IMG/VR virus record: IMGVR_UViG_3300020043_007930
Coordinates: 1 to 24,436 of that record
Direction: 5' to 3' (one strand)
Origin: a virus
Taxonomy: Duplodnaviria > Caudoviricetes
Length of the DNA: 24,436 nt
Numbering within the stretch: the stretch's first letter is position 1; each line of letters opens with the position of its first letter. The notes under the pieces were generated by a model. The model saw only the letters and a program-made list of their open reading frames with translations, made no database searches and was not told the origin of the DNA. The position numbers and the translations under genes were made by a program. Below are positions 15,822 to 23,485 of the stretch, piece after piece.

Positions 15822-17308
15822 TAGTAATTCCTGTCCATGTCTGCGAGCGGGTCGCTGGCTTCGGTCTGCAAGGTGGGGGACGAGATTACCCATTCCAGTT
15901 TGTCGAGTTCGGCACATAGACAATCCGCGAGCGGGATGTCGTCATGCACGAGTTCGCCGGTCGCTTCGTTGCGGGTGCCATCCTTCACGCCCCAACGCAT
16001 CAGTTTCTGCGGACCTGGCAGAATTTCGCTGGTGCATTTCTTGTATTGCAATAAGACTTCATCCGTCCGGCAACAATCGCGGAACCGTCCGGTATTGATC
16101 ACGGAAAGAAAGCCGTAGCCGACTTCTGATTTGCTCTGCGCCGTGAATTTGAACGGAAGGACGCGGGTTAGGTATTTCTTGTAAAGCATCGCCCAAAGTC
16201 CCTCTCCGACTCCGGTGGCGTCGATGATGATGTATTGCGGTTGCCAGAGGTCGATGATCTGGCATAACTGCCCGAAGATATCCAAGTGTGAGACGCCCTG
16301 CCAGCCGACGCGCTTTACTGCGCGATAGGTTGGGGCTTGTAAGAGGGGGACAGATGCGAGGTCTACATCGTTGATCGTCACGCGGGTAAAGTCCCTGCCT
16401 GGATTGCCCATGCCATCGAGGTTGAGTAAGGCTTCGTCTTGTCCGGCTACGTCGATTTGAACGGCGTACAAATGCCCTGGGATGGGTGTTTCCTGCGCGG
16501 GTTGGTCGCCGATCATCAGGGCGAGTCGTGCATCATTGAACATACCCGCTTGCGCGTCAATGCGCTCGCAAAAGTATTGCGTCTTTATGAGCGGGTGCTG
16601 CCGTCCGTGCTTGCGGATTTCTTCGTCCACATATAAGCCATACTTGGGGTTGAGTCTGCGGACTGTATCGGCATTGTAGATAAACACACGCTTGATACCG
16701 TCTTTTTCTTCTGCCTGCCGCGCGGCGTCTTCTTCTCGCGCGAGCAAGGTATCAGAGGTCCAAGTCGTGCCGAGAAATAACTTTGTAGCATTGGCATAGG
16801 CTCCCATCGGGGCTACGTCCTTATCGAATTTAGTTTGTAAGATGTCCTGGCTCTCGTTTGCTACAAGTAAGTGAGTGGCGGTCGCCGATACGATCTTCGA
16901 GTTTTTGTCCGCTGAGAGATAGGCGATCATGGCTTTGCCGAGTTTGCGAATGTACGCTCCGCGCTTCTTCCAGTCGCGGGTGAGCAGGTTGCCATCCAGC
17001 CGCGCTTCGAGGCGCATGATGCTGTTTTCGGTCTGCGGTTTGTAGGTGGGATTGACGACAATCAATTTAGCTTCGATGTGCGAGAGCAATCGAAGGAGAT
17101 ACGCCAGAAGATTGGCGAGCATTTCGTCCTTGCCTGACTGTCGAGAAATGATCACAACGAATGTCAATCCTTTATTTTTGAGTACCGAGTCGAGGATGGC
17201 TTGCGCTGGTTCGAGCTGGTACTTCCACATTTTGATACCGCCTCCGCGCGAGGTGAAGTTGTCGAAGCTGCGGAGAATGGCGGCGATGGTCTGCGTGAGG
17301 GTACTCAT
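15821..17308 (-). CDS. terL: Terminase large subunit
   Basis: Walker A 'SRQSGKD', Walker B-like 'LLVANE', nuclease motifs 'QIDVAG', 'IDATGVG', 'HDD'. Confidence 0.93.
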   Translation of the reverse strand: MSTLTQTIAAILRSFDNFTSRGGGIKMWKYQLEPAQAILDSVLKNKGLTFVVIISRQSGKDEMLANLLAYLLRLLSHIEAKLIVVNPTYKPQTENSIMRLEARLDGNLLTRDWKKRGAYIRKLGKAMIAYLSADKNSKIVSATATHLLVANESQDILQTKFDKDVAPMGAYANATKLFLGTTWTSDTLLAREEDAARQAEEKDGIKRVFIYNADTVRRLNPKYGLYVDEEIRKHGRQHPLIKTQYFCERIDAQAGMFNDARLALMIGDQPAQETPIPGHLYAVQIDVAGQDEALLNLDGMGNPGRDFTRVTINDVDLASVPLLQAPTYRAVKRVGWQGVSHLDIFGQLCQIIDLWQPQYIIIDATGVGEGLWAMLYKKYLTRVLPFKFTAQSKSEVGYGFLSVINTGRFRDCCRTDEVLLQYKKCTSEILPGPQKLMRWGVKDGTRNEATGELVHDDIPLADCLCAELDKLEWVISSPTLQTEASDPLADMDRNY

Positions 17309-17700
17309 AGTCCTAATTCAAGCCTTACCATTTCGAGGGCTTCCAAGATCGAGGATTGGACGCCTTCGGTTTTGCCACGGATGAGATATTCTGTGCGCGA
17401 GAGTCCGCCGATGCTCTGCGCGATGGCGGCGAGCGTGTTCAACTGCTGTAAGTAGTGCTGATCGCGCGACGTGTTGCCGTTGGCGTCTGTCCGCTCGATG
17501 TAGTCGAATGAAAGTTCATTCATCAACCTATCAATGCAGACACGCAAGAGTGCGATTTCTGCGGTAACGTCTGTGGCGTTCTGATCATCGAGCCGCGTCT
17601 TCTCGCTGGCTGTGAATTTGTCCGCATAGAAGCCATGTTTGAGGGCGTTCTTGTTGCCCTGCTGTGCGCCTGGCTTGCGCTTGCCTTTTGGTTTTCGCAT
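17305..17700 (-). CDS. Terminase small subunit-like protein
   Basis: 'GAQQGNKNALKHGFY' motif typical of TerS N-termini; ATGA overlap with TerL. Confidence 0.75.
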   Translation of the reverse strand: MRKPKGKRKPGAQQGNKNALKHGFYADKFTASEKTRLDDQNATDVTAEIALLRVCIDRLMNELSFDYIERTDANGNTSRDQHYLQQLNTLAAIAQSIGGLSRTEYLIRGKTEGVQSSILEALEMVRLELGL

Positions 17701-17701
17701 A

Positions 17702-17959
17702 TCATGGCACGGCGAATTTCAGAAGTAGCGCGACAAGGACATTTGCTCCGAACAGGGCATAGACCGTATTGAAGCGCGTCCCGATGGTCTCTTGCTCTCG
17801 CAAGCGATCCTCGTGGTCGTCAATGCGCTTGTTTGTCGCTTTGAGATCTGCTTCGATGGTTTGCAAGCGCAGGTCTGTCAGTTCGGCATGGTATCTATTG
17901 CGCTCGGCGGTGACGGTTTTCAATTGTGCACGGAGTGCTTGTTCTTCCGCTTCCGTCAT
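17702..17959 (-). CDS. Coiled-coil protein with C-terminal TM (XhlA/holin-like)
   Basis: TAATG-coupled start MTEAEEQ; 'RIDDHEDRLREQE' followed by a hydrophobic tail. Confidence 0.65.
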   Translation of the reverse strand: MTEAEEQALRAQLKTVTAERNRYHAELTDLRLQTIEADLKATNKRIDDHEDRLREQETIGTRFNTVYALFGANVLVALLLKFAVP

Positions 17960-18291
17960 TACTCTCGCTCCAATGCTGTCGCGATGCGTTCCAGCACGGC
18001 GAGCAGGTCTGCCGACTGCTGCGCGTCGGGTTCCAGGTTGATCACGTCGCAATAGATGATTGACTCGTCACGTTCGGCGATGCGCATGTATTCGGGTTTG
18101 GTGGGGAATTGGGGGACAAGTCGGGCGTAAGGTACGCCGTGGATGTAATGGATGCTGTAGGCGTCGAGTGTGGTTCCGCTTGGGACGGCGCGGCGCACGA
18201 TGGCGCCGTCTGTGGTTGAGCCTGGGCGGTCGAGGACGCGCATACCGGCTTTTGCTCTCACGATCACGACATGTTTTACAGTTTCGGACAT
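17959..18291 (-). CDS. SH3-like domain protein (110 aa)
   Basis: SD GGAG before ATG 18291; 'GMRVLDRPGSTT...VRRAVPSGT' SH3b-like. Confidence 0.6.
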   Translation of the reverse strand: MSETVKHVVIVRAKAGMRVLDRPGSTTDGAIVRRAVPSGTTLDAYSIHYIHGVPYARLVPQFPTKPEYMRIAERDESIIYCDVINLEPDAQQSADLLAVLERIATALERE

Positions 18292-18414
18292 AAGACTCCA
18301 AAGGATGGCAACGGCTCCGCGTCTGTCTCCAGACGTAAAACGGCGACGACTTATAAAAAAGCCGTTGCCATCGCAGTAAAGATAAGATATTTTTTTGTTG
18401 TGTTCAAGGATGTC

Positions 18415-18615
18415 ACATCGCCAATTCTGGCGATGTTTATCGTCATTCATCGTCATTTCTGACGTGCTTCGATGCTCGTCATATATAGCGATAACTGCCA
18501 GAAAAATTTTGCGGGATCTACTCGCTATTTTTGGCGATGTGGGCCCGCAATCGATCGGTTATCGTCATTTCCAGCGTGGCGGGATCTGCTTGACAATATC
18601 GCGCTTTCTGGCGAT
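18415..18615. repeat. Cluster of six 18-bp ATCGYYA-N4-TRRCGAT palindromes in divergent promoter region
   Basis: Copies at 18417, 18449, 18475, 18521, 18561, 18598. Confidence 0.8.
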
Positions 18616-18618
18616 AAT
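18590..18618 (+). promoter_or_regulatory. Methyltransferase promoter with palindrome across spacer/-10
   Basis: TTGACA(18590-18595)-17-GATAAT(18613-18618); palindrome at 18598-18615. Confidence 0.7.
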
Positions 18619-18635
18619 TGCGATCGGAGGTTTAT

Positions 18636-19328
18636 ATGGCTTACCCTGGTGGAAAGAATGGCGCGGGCGTGTATCAGAAAATCATCAATCAAATGCCCCC
18701 GCACGATGTGTATATCGAACCGTTCTTAGGTGGCGGTGCTGTCATGGATGCGAAGCGTCCGGCGGCTGTCAATATTGGAATAGATGCCGATGCAGATTTG
18801 ATTGAACAAAGGCGCGGGGATACCATCATCGCTATAAACGCAGATGCGATATCCTTTCTGCCTGAGTTGGTGGCAGAACACGCGGCGAAGGGTTCGCGGG
18901 TGCTGGTGTACGCGGACCCGCCCTATCTTGGAAGTACACGCTCCTCGACACGCAAGATCTACAAACATGAAATGATGAGCGATGAATACCATTTGGAACT
19001 ACTCGGGGTGCTAAAGTCCCTGCCTTGCATGGTGATGATCTCCGGCTATGCTTCAGATTTGTATGATAAAGAACTGAAAGGCTGGCGGAGTCTGTCGTTT
19101 CAAGCCATGACGCGCGGAGGGTTTGCCGCCACAGAATGGCTATGGATGAACTTCGAAGTTCCGTTTGAATTGCACGATTACCGCTACCTGGGCGAAGACT
19201 TCCGCGAGCGCGAGCGGATAAACAGAAAGAAAAAACGATGGGTCAATCGGCTGGCACAAATGCCGCCGTCCGAGCGGTACGCGCTTCTCGATGCAATGAA
19301 CCTCGTCAGATTTGGCGAGCCCAGCTGA
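18636..19328 (+). CDS. Orphan N6-adenine DNA methyltransferase (Dam/D12-like)
   Basis: 'YPGGK', motif I 'EPFLGGG', motif IV 'DPPY', 'MISGY', 'EWLW'; SD GGAGG before ATG 18636. Confidence 0.92.
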   Translation: MAYPGGKNGAGVYQKIINQMPPHDVYIEPFLGGGAVMDAKRPAAVNIGIDADADLIEQRRGDTIIAINADAISFLPELVAEHAAKGSRVLVYADPPYLGSTRSSTRKIYKHEMMSDEYHLELLGVLKSLPCMVMISGYASDLYDKELKGWRSLSFQAMTRGGFAATEWLWMNFEVPFELHDYRYLGEDFRERERINRKKKRWVNRLAQMPPSERYALLDAMNLVRFGEPS

Positions 19329-19346
19329 GAGACCTGGTGCCCTCTG

Positions 19347-19380
19347 CAAAAATAGCGATGCTGAAGCATCGCTATTTTTG
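19347..19380. repeat. Perfect 16-bp-arm palindrome built from two motif copies
   Basis: CAAAAATAGCGATGCT-GA-AGCATCGCTATTTTTG. Confidence 0.9.
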
Positions 19381-19622
19381 TTGGTACTGCAGGGGGACTG
19401 CCCCATGCTTGACAGGTTGTATTATTGGTTCTGCGCGTGGTGGTCGCGCGTTCGGGGTGCAGCGAGCGGGGTTCGGGGTGCAACCCCGAGAAGAAGAAAG
19501 CCGCCCGCGCCGATTGTTGGTGCGGGCGGCGCTTGTGCCGACGGCATCGATGTGGCGCGAGCGGACAAGACACCGCCCGCATCACTGCGGGCGGGAGTTA
19601 TGCGGCGCGGGTCTTTGCGTCC

Positions 19623-19750
19623 GTGTAACGGCTTGCGTTACCTGCGAAGCGTTTTACCGCAATCATCACAGATAACTCGATCACTTCCAGCAGGGCGAAC
19701 CGCACGATGAGCGCACCCAGTAGCTTCGTCAGGTGCGCGCTTTGTTCCCG
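19623..19750 (-). other. attC site A
   Basis: Minus strand CGGGAAC-AAAGCGCGCACCTGACGAAGC...GCTTCGCAGGTAACGCAAGCC-GTTACAC. Confidence 0.85.
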
Positions 19751-19950
19751 CACCAATCAAACGGATCACCCATCAACTTTGAAAAACACTGACAGCAAAG
19801 ATATACAGTTAGAGGATGGCGAGTAGCTGCCAATATATCATCCTCGATAAGTGGCAAACTATCAAAATCCAAAACTTCTTCAACCTTATGGCTTGCTGGT
19901 TTGCCACAGGTACACTTTACACCAACCGAACTTTCTAGGACGTGATGCAT
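19729..19950 (-). CDS. Cassette A ORF, Zn-finger-like (CxC..H..CxxC), 73 aa
   Basis: SD AAGGAG; stop lies inside attC A. Confidence 0.75.
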   Translation of the reverse strand: MHHVLESSVGVKCTCGKPASHKVEEVLDFDSLPLIEDDILAATRHPLTVYLCCQCFSKLMGDPFDWCGNKART

Positions 19951-19964
19951 ATTTCTCCTTGTCG

Positions 19965-20090
19965 GGCTAACGGATTAGCTTACCTGCGGCGCGGTTACGG
20001 TGACTCATTCCACGGCTCGTCAATATCCATACCGAGCGGATCAGGTTCTTCGTGCGGTGTAAGCGGCGTCAGGTGAACGCTTTGTTCGGC
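19965..20090 (-). other. attC site B
   Basis: GCCGAAC-AAAGCGTTCACCTGACG...CGCAGGTAAGCTAATCC-GTTAGCC. Confidence 0.88.
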
Positions 20091-20285
20091 GTCGTCGCCG
20101 CCAAGCAAGATGACCATTGGCTTGCCAGTTACAGGGTTGTAAACCTGACCGCTTTCGCGCTCGATATAGATCGGCGCATAAGCTACTATGCCCTCATCGC
20201 TTTTTACGATGATGTAACCAGACCCGACACGAAAATCATTTCTGATAATATTTCTTTGCGCCTTCGTGAAAAATTGTTCGTTCAT
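19995..20285 (-). CDS. Cassette B ORF, hypothetical 96 aa (reads into attC)
   Basis: SD AAGGAG; C-terminal 'AEQSVHLT...' is attC-encoded. Confidence 0.75.
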   Translation of the reverse strand: MNEQFFTKAQRNIIRNDFRVGSGYIIVKSDEGIVAYAPIYIERESGQVYNPVTGKPMVILLGGDDAEQSVHLTPLTPHEEPDPLGMDIDEPWNESP

Positions 20286-20303
20286 GATGCTCCTTGAGTA
20301 GAC

Positions 20304-20396
20304 GCCGAACGGCTTGCGTTACCTGCGCGGCGATTTCTGCCGCGCACCTCTGAACGGCTACGCAGTAGCCGTTCAGAGGTGCACGCGTTGTTGGGC
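20304..20396 (-). other. attC site C
   Basis: GCCCAAC-AACGCGTGCACCT...GCAGGTAACGCAAGCC-GTTCGGC. Confidence 0.85.
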
Positions 20397-20398
20397 GG

Positions 20399-20638
20399 CT
20401 ATATAATTTGCACAACACGCCCAGACCCTTCACACTTTTTGATTACATCAAAATCAATGCCATTGCTAAAATCTGGCTCGTCAGGGACGATAAAATGCGG
20501 GGCTATAACATTTGTTTCTTTGACTAAATGCTCTACCTTTCCGCAAATTGGACAAACCGCTTTGCGCGTGCCTAGAAGAATATCAAGCGCGTCATTCAAG
20601 CTATCTTGCACGCCGCCCAATGCTGATGAAATACTCAT
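20399..20638 (-). CDS. Cassette C ORF, Zn-finger-like (CPICG..H..C), 79 aa
   Basis: SD GAGG; TAG lies 2 nt before R'' of attC C. Confidence 0.78.
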   Translation of the reverse strand: MSISSALGGVQDSLNDALDILLGTRKAVCPICGKVEHLVKETNVIAPHFIVPDEPDFSNGIDFDVIKKCEGSGRVVQII

Positions 20639-20667
20639 GTTTCCTCAATTCTGTTGAGCCAAGAGCC

Positions 20668-20796
20668 GCCCAACGGTTATGCTTTACCTGCGGGGCGGGT
20701 TACTCCGCACACTTTGCAGGTAAGAGATGCCTCCATATCACCACCACATTCAGGGTCGGCGCATGTAGCCCCGTCAGCGTGCAAGCGGTGTTCTAC
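20668..20796 (-). other. attC site D
   Basis: GTAGAAC-ACCGCTTGCACGCTGACGGGGC...GCCCCGCAGGTAAAGCATAACC-GTTGGGC. Confidence 0.85.
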
Positions 20797-20919
20797 GGCT
20801 TCAAAGATATAGAAATCACCATTGCAGGCAATGAACTTATTACCAAGAGCAAGTTCATCGTTGAGCCATTTTTCTATTTCAACGGGAGCGTGACACGAAT
20901 TGAACAAAACTTTATACAT
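20677..20919 (-). CDS. Cassette D ORF, 80 aa (half encoded by attC D)
   Basis: SD AAGGA; reads through nearly the whole attC. Confidence 0.7.
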   Translation of the reverse strand: MYKVLFNSCHAPVEIEKWLNDELALGNKFIACNGDFYIFEAVEHRLHADGATCADPECGGDMEASLTCKVCGVTRPAGKA

Positions 20920-20942
20920 AACATCCTTTCATGCAAAGAGCC

Positions 20943-20969
20943 GTAGAACTATGTTTTACGCGGAATGCA
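20943..20969 (-). other. attI-like recombination site
   Basis: Minus strand GCGTAAA-ACATA-G|TTCTAC resembles the attI1 core CCCTAAA-ACAAA-G|TT; no attC left arm upstream. Confidence 0.65.
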
Positions 20970-20980
20970 CATCTTTCTTC

Positions 20981-21139
20981 TCATAATTCAAGATCGAATT
21001 TGATATACCTTTTCCGCTTTGGTTTTACAACGACATCAGGCAGGACGGCTTTTACTGCCTTCTCGATTGCGATTTTTACCGCGTCGGTCTTGTTCATCTT
21101 GTATACAGCATTTTCGTTTAGCTTGTCAACCAACGCCAT
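20981..21139 (-). CDS. Small RHH-like protein (52 aa), paralogue-like of 1152-1361
   Basis: Manual translation MALVDKLNENAVYKMNKTDAVKIAIEKAVKAVLPDVVVKPKRKRYIKFDLEL; 'MNKTDAVKIAIE' vs 'LNKTEAIEAALE'. Confidence 0.55.
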   Translation of the reverse strand: MALVDKLNENAVYKMNKTDAVKIAIEKAVKAVLPDVVVKPKRKRYIKFDLEL

Positions 21140-21177
21140 TATTAAAAAATCGTAGTCTGTGAGATCGGGGCGAAATT

Positions 21178-21201
21178 CGGCGACGGCGCGAGCCGTCGCC
21201 G
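21178..21201. terminator. GC-rich hairpin
   Basis: CGGCGACGGC-gcga-GCCGTCGCCG. Confidence 0.5.
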
Positions 21202-21211
21202 GTTTTCAGTC

Positions 21212-21628
21212 TCACGCCTTTCCTGTGACCTTGCGCGGCTGTGCGGTCTTGCCTTCCTCGGTGGGCGCGTTCATCAACACACGCGCGCGGATGGGTTCGA
21301 TGGTGTTTGGTCCAGGCTTGAGCGTGGCGGGGTCAATGCCGAGAGCTGGCAATACTTCATCCCACACGCGGACGCCATGCTTTTGATAAGGTGCGCCTTT
21401 GGCTTTGTAGGCGGGCTTTCCTGCGTCGTCGTAGGTCATAACGATGGAGTCGATCATCATTTCGCTGAACGTGCCGACGGCGGGCGGGGTGGCGGCGGTG
21501 TGTAAGGCTTCGCGGATGGTGTGAAGTTCTGCGCGGAGTTCGGCGATCTCGGTGTGAAGTTCGGCGAAAAGTTGGCGGGTTTCGGTGGCGGTGATGCGGT
21601 CGGGTTGGGTTGGGGTTGGGGTGGTCAT
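21212..21628 (-). CDS. Hypothetical protein (coiled coil + small beta domain)
   Basis: 138-aa ORF coupled in the operon. Confidence 0.75.
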   Translation of the reverse strand: MTTPTPTQPDRITATETRQLFAELHTEIAELRAELHTIREALHTAATPPAVGTFSEMMIDSIVMTYDDAGKPAYKAKGAPYQKHGVRVWDEVLPALGIDPATLKPGPNTIEPIRARVLMNAPTEEGKTAQPRKVTGKA

Positions 21629-21631
21629 GGC

Positions 21632-22429
21632 TTAGAGTCCTTTCTTCATGTTGTGGATAAAATCGGCGGCGTTTGGGTTGTAGTATGCTGAAAATGCGCC
21701 TTCACCTTCTGATCGTAGCACGCGGAAGCCGTGCCGCTTTAGGGCTTTGAATGTGTCGAGGTCTACGCGTTTACCGAAGTACACGCGGATTCGGTTTTCA
21801 CCTGCCCGCCATTCTACCCGCGCGCCGTTTACTTCTTCGTTTTTGTCGGGGATGGCTTGCTGCTTCTCGACCTGCTCGGCGCGTTTTTTTGCTGTGCGGA
21901 TTTGCGCGGATAGGTTAGAAAGCCTGTACGGTTGGATGGGGTGCTTCTCGAAGCTGTAAGCGGGCTGCCAAGTTCTAACTAAATTCTTTTGTGCCTCGGT
22001 CAAGTCGGATTTGTCCAGGCTGGCGGGGTTCTTCAAAAACTTAGCATGTGCGGCATTGATCGCTTTATAAGTGGCTTGGAGTTCTAAAAGCATTTCGAGT
22101 TTATCGCCTAACTTCTCGACGGCTTGCGGGTCGTCGGTATAAATCGCGTCGTTGGCTTCGACGGATGCCGCGCGGCTTCGGTATTCCTCTGCTTTCTTTG
22201 CGAGTTCGTAGCCTTTGCGGTGTTTGTTGTGGATGCGCTCGCGGTAATTGCGGTCGCGTTTTTCTGAGTGATGCCCGACTAAAATCGGCTGTCCGAATGG
22301 GATAACGCTTGCCATTTGTCGCGCGTGGTTTAGCGTGGCTTCGCTCTCGGTTTCGGCTTTCTGTGCGGCGGCTAAAAGTCTTTCATATCGTCGCTGGCGT
22401 TTGGCTTTGTATTCTTCTTGGGTTAGCAT
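21632..22429 (-). CDS. DUF3560-family protein
   Basis: Signature 'IPFGQPILVGHHSEKRDR'. Confidence 0.88.
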   Translation of the reverse strand: MLTQEEYKAKRQRRYERLLAAAQKAETESEATLNHARQMASVIPFGQPILVGHHSEKRDRNYRERIHNKHRKGYELAKKAEEYRSRAASVEANDAIYTDDPQAVEKLGDKLEMLLELQATYKAINAAHAKFLKNPASLDKSDLTEAQKNLVRTWQPAYSFEKHPIQPYRLSNLSAQIRTAKKRAEQVEKQQAIPDKNEEVNGARVEWRAGENRIRVYFGKRVDLDTFKALKRHGFRVLRSEGEGAFSAYYNPNAADFIHNMKKGL

Positions 22430-22430
22430 G

Positions 22431-22808
22431 TTATTTCTCCTTGAGTCTAAAAAAATGTTTGTGGTTTTTGAACGCTAGTGCAAGCGCGGCGGCTATGGCT
22501 TCGGGTTCTTTGCAGTAGCTGTACCATGATGGTATAAGAGCGTGAGAGCCTGCGCCGTTGGGGTCGTTGTTCTCTCCACAGTAGCGTGGCGCGTCGCTTC
22601 CCATTGCAAGGCGGACGATCTCAACAATTACGGGGCGGGCTGTGCCTTCACGATGGCAAAGGGCAAATACTACGTTTTTACCTTTTGTTATATCGTGCGC
22701 GGCTTGAGTCAATGCTGATATGCCGCTGTTCTCGTCCTGCCAGATAATCAATTCGGCGGGGATGTCTTGGGGTTGGTGGTATACGTCTTTTTTTTCGAGG
22801 GTTCTCAT
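22431..22808 (-). CDS. Hypothetical protein
   Basis: 125 aa, ATGA overlap. Confidence 0.75.
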   Translation of the reverse strand: MRTLEKKDVYHQPQDIPAELIIWQDENSGISALTQAAHDITKGKNVVFALCHREGTARPVIVEIVRLAMGSDAPRYCGENNDPNGAGSHALIPSWYSYCKEPEAIAAALALAFKNHKHFFRLKEK

Positions 22809-23248
22809 TGTGCGTCCTTTGTGATTGGTTCGGTTTGCGAAATATCAAACACGCTACCGAAGATAAAAAACGATGGTTTATTTTCTCCGCCTTCGGTCGT
22901 GGCGTTCTCCATCCACGCAGGGGCGGCGTTACTGTTGGCGCTTTCCGCTTTGGGTTTGGATGGTATCCAAATGCCGAGGGATTTTTCTCCCTTGCGTACC
23001 TGCCGCCCTTGTTTTTTCCATTGCTGAAAGCCTCCGACAATGGTTACATTTTCGGCTTGGTAGGCGAGTAAGATCGTATTATTCGGGGTGAGTGTGTGAC
23101 CTTCACAAGTAACAATCATTCCGATTTTCTCGGCAAATTGCGCGCGCTGTTCTTCGGTCATTTCGGCGACCTTTGCCCATAACTGGCGCAAGGCTTCGCG
23201 GCGTTCTTCGGCTTTTGCTTTCTGTTCGGCGGTGGGTTTGCGTTTCAT
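22805..23248 (-). CDS. ArdC-like N-terminal ssDNA-binding domain protein (anti-restriction family)
   Basis: 'NTILL..Q....VGGFQQWKKQGRQVRKGEK...IWIP...VFDISQT' ArdC-N signature; lacks the metallopeptidase domain. Confidence 0.85.
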   Translation of the reverse strand: MKRKPTAEQKAKAEERREALRQLWAKVAEMTEEQRAQFAEKIGMIVTCEGHTLTPNNTILLAYQAENVTIVGGFQQWKKQGRQVRKGEKSLGIWIPSKPKAESANSNAAPAWMENATTEGGENKPSFFIFGSVFDISQTEPITKDAQ

Positions 23249-23251
23249 TTT

Positions 23252-23485
23252 TCACCATTCCTGATTTGCTAATTGTTCTAAAAATTGCCAGTCAAGCGGC
23301 AGGGCGGCGGGTTTCGCGCTCGCCTTCTCGCACAGTTCAATCCCGCCCGCTCTCCAGCGGGTGTAATGCGTGGTGGTTTCTTTGGGGAAATAGTTCTCGC
23401 CGTGGCAAATTACGCGGCGGGCTTCGGTTACTTCGACCCAATGAACGGCGTTACATTCAAGGCAGTAGTCACGATAGAAAATCAT
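23252..23485 (-). CDS. Small Cys/His protein (77 aa)
   Basis: ATGA-coupled start MIFYRDYCLECNAVH. Confidence 0.65.
   Translation of the reverse strand: MIFYRDYCLECNAVHWVEVTEARRVICHGENYFPKETTTHYTRWRAGGIELCEKASAKPAALPLDWQFLEQLANQEW

Larger units (their letters stand above)
19629..20948 (-). mobile_element. Array of four integron-type gene cassettes (no intI)
   Basis: ORF+attC units of 275, 364, 339 and 342 bp; each cassette start complements its own R'' box. Confidence 0.88.

Noticed and set aside
18636-19328. Restriction-modification system
   Set aside because: No adjacent endonuclease gene is recognisable; the MTase appears orphan
19405-19710. Plus-strand ORF after the methyltransferase
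   Set aside because: It is low-complexity R/A/G-rich, runs through hairpins and antisense across attC A, and cannot be supported as a gene
19623-20949. CRISPR array or simple REP repeats
   Set aside because: The repeats are 93-129-bp imperfect palindromes separated by ORFs with SD sites, with cassette-specific R'/R'' complementarity; this fits attC
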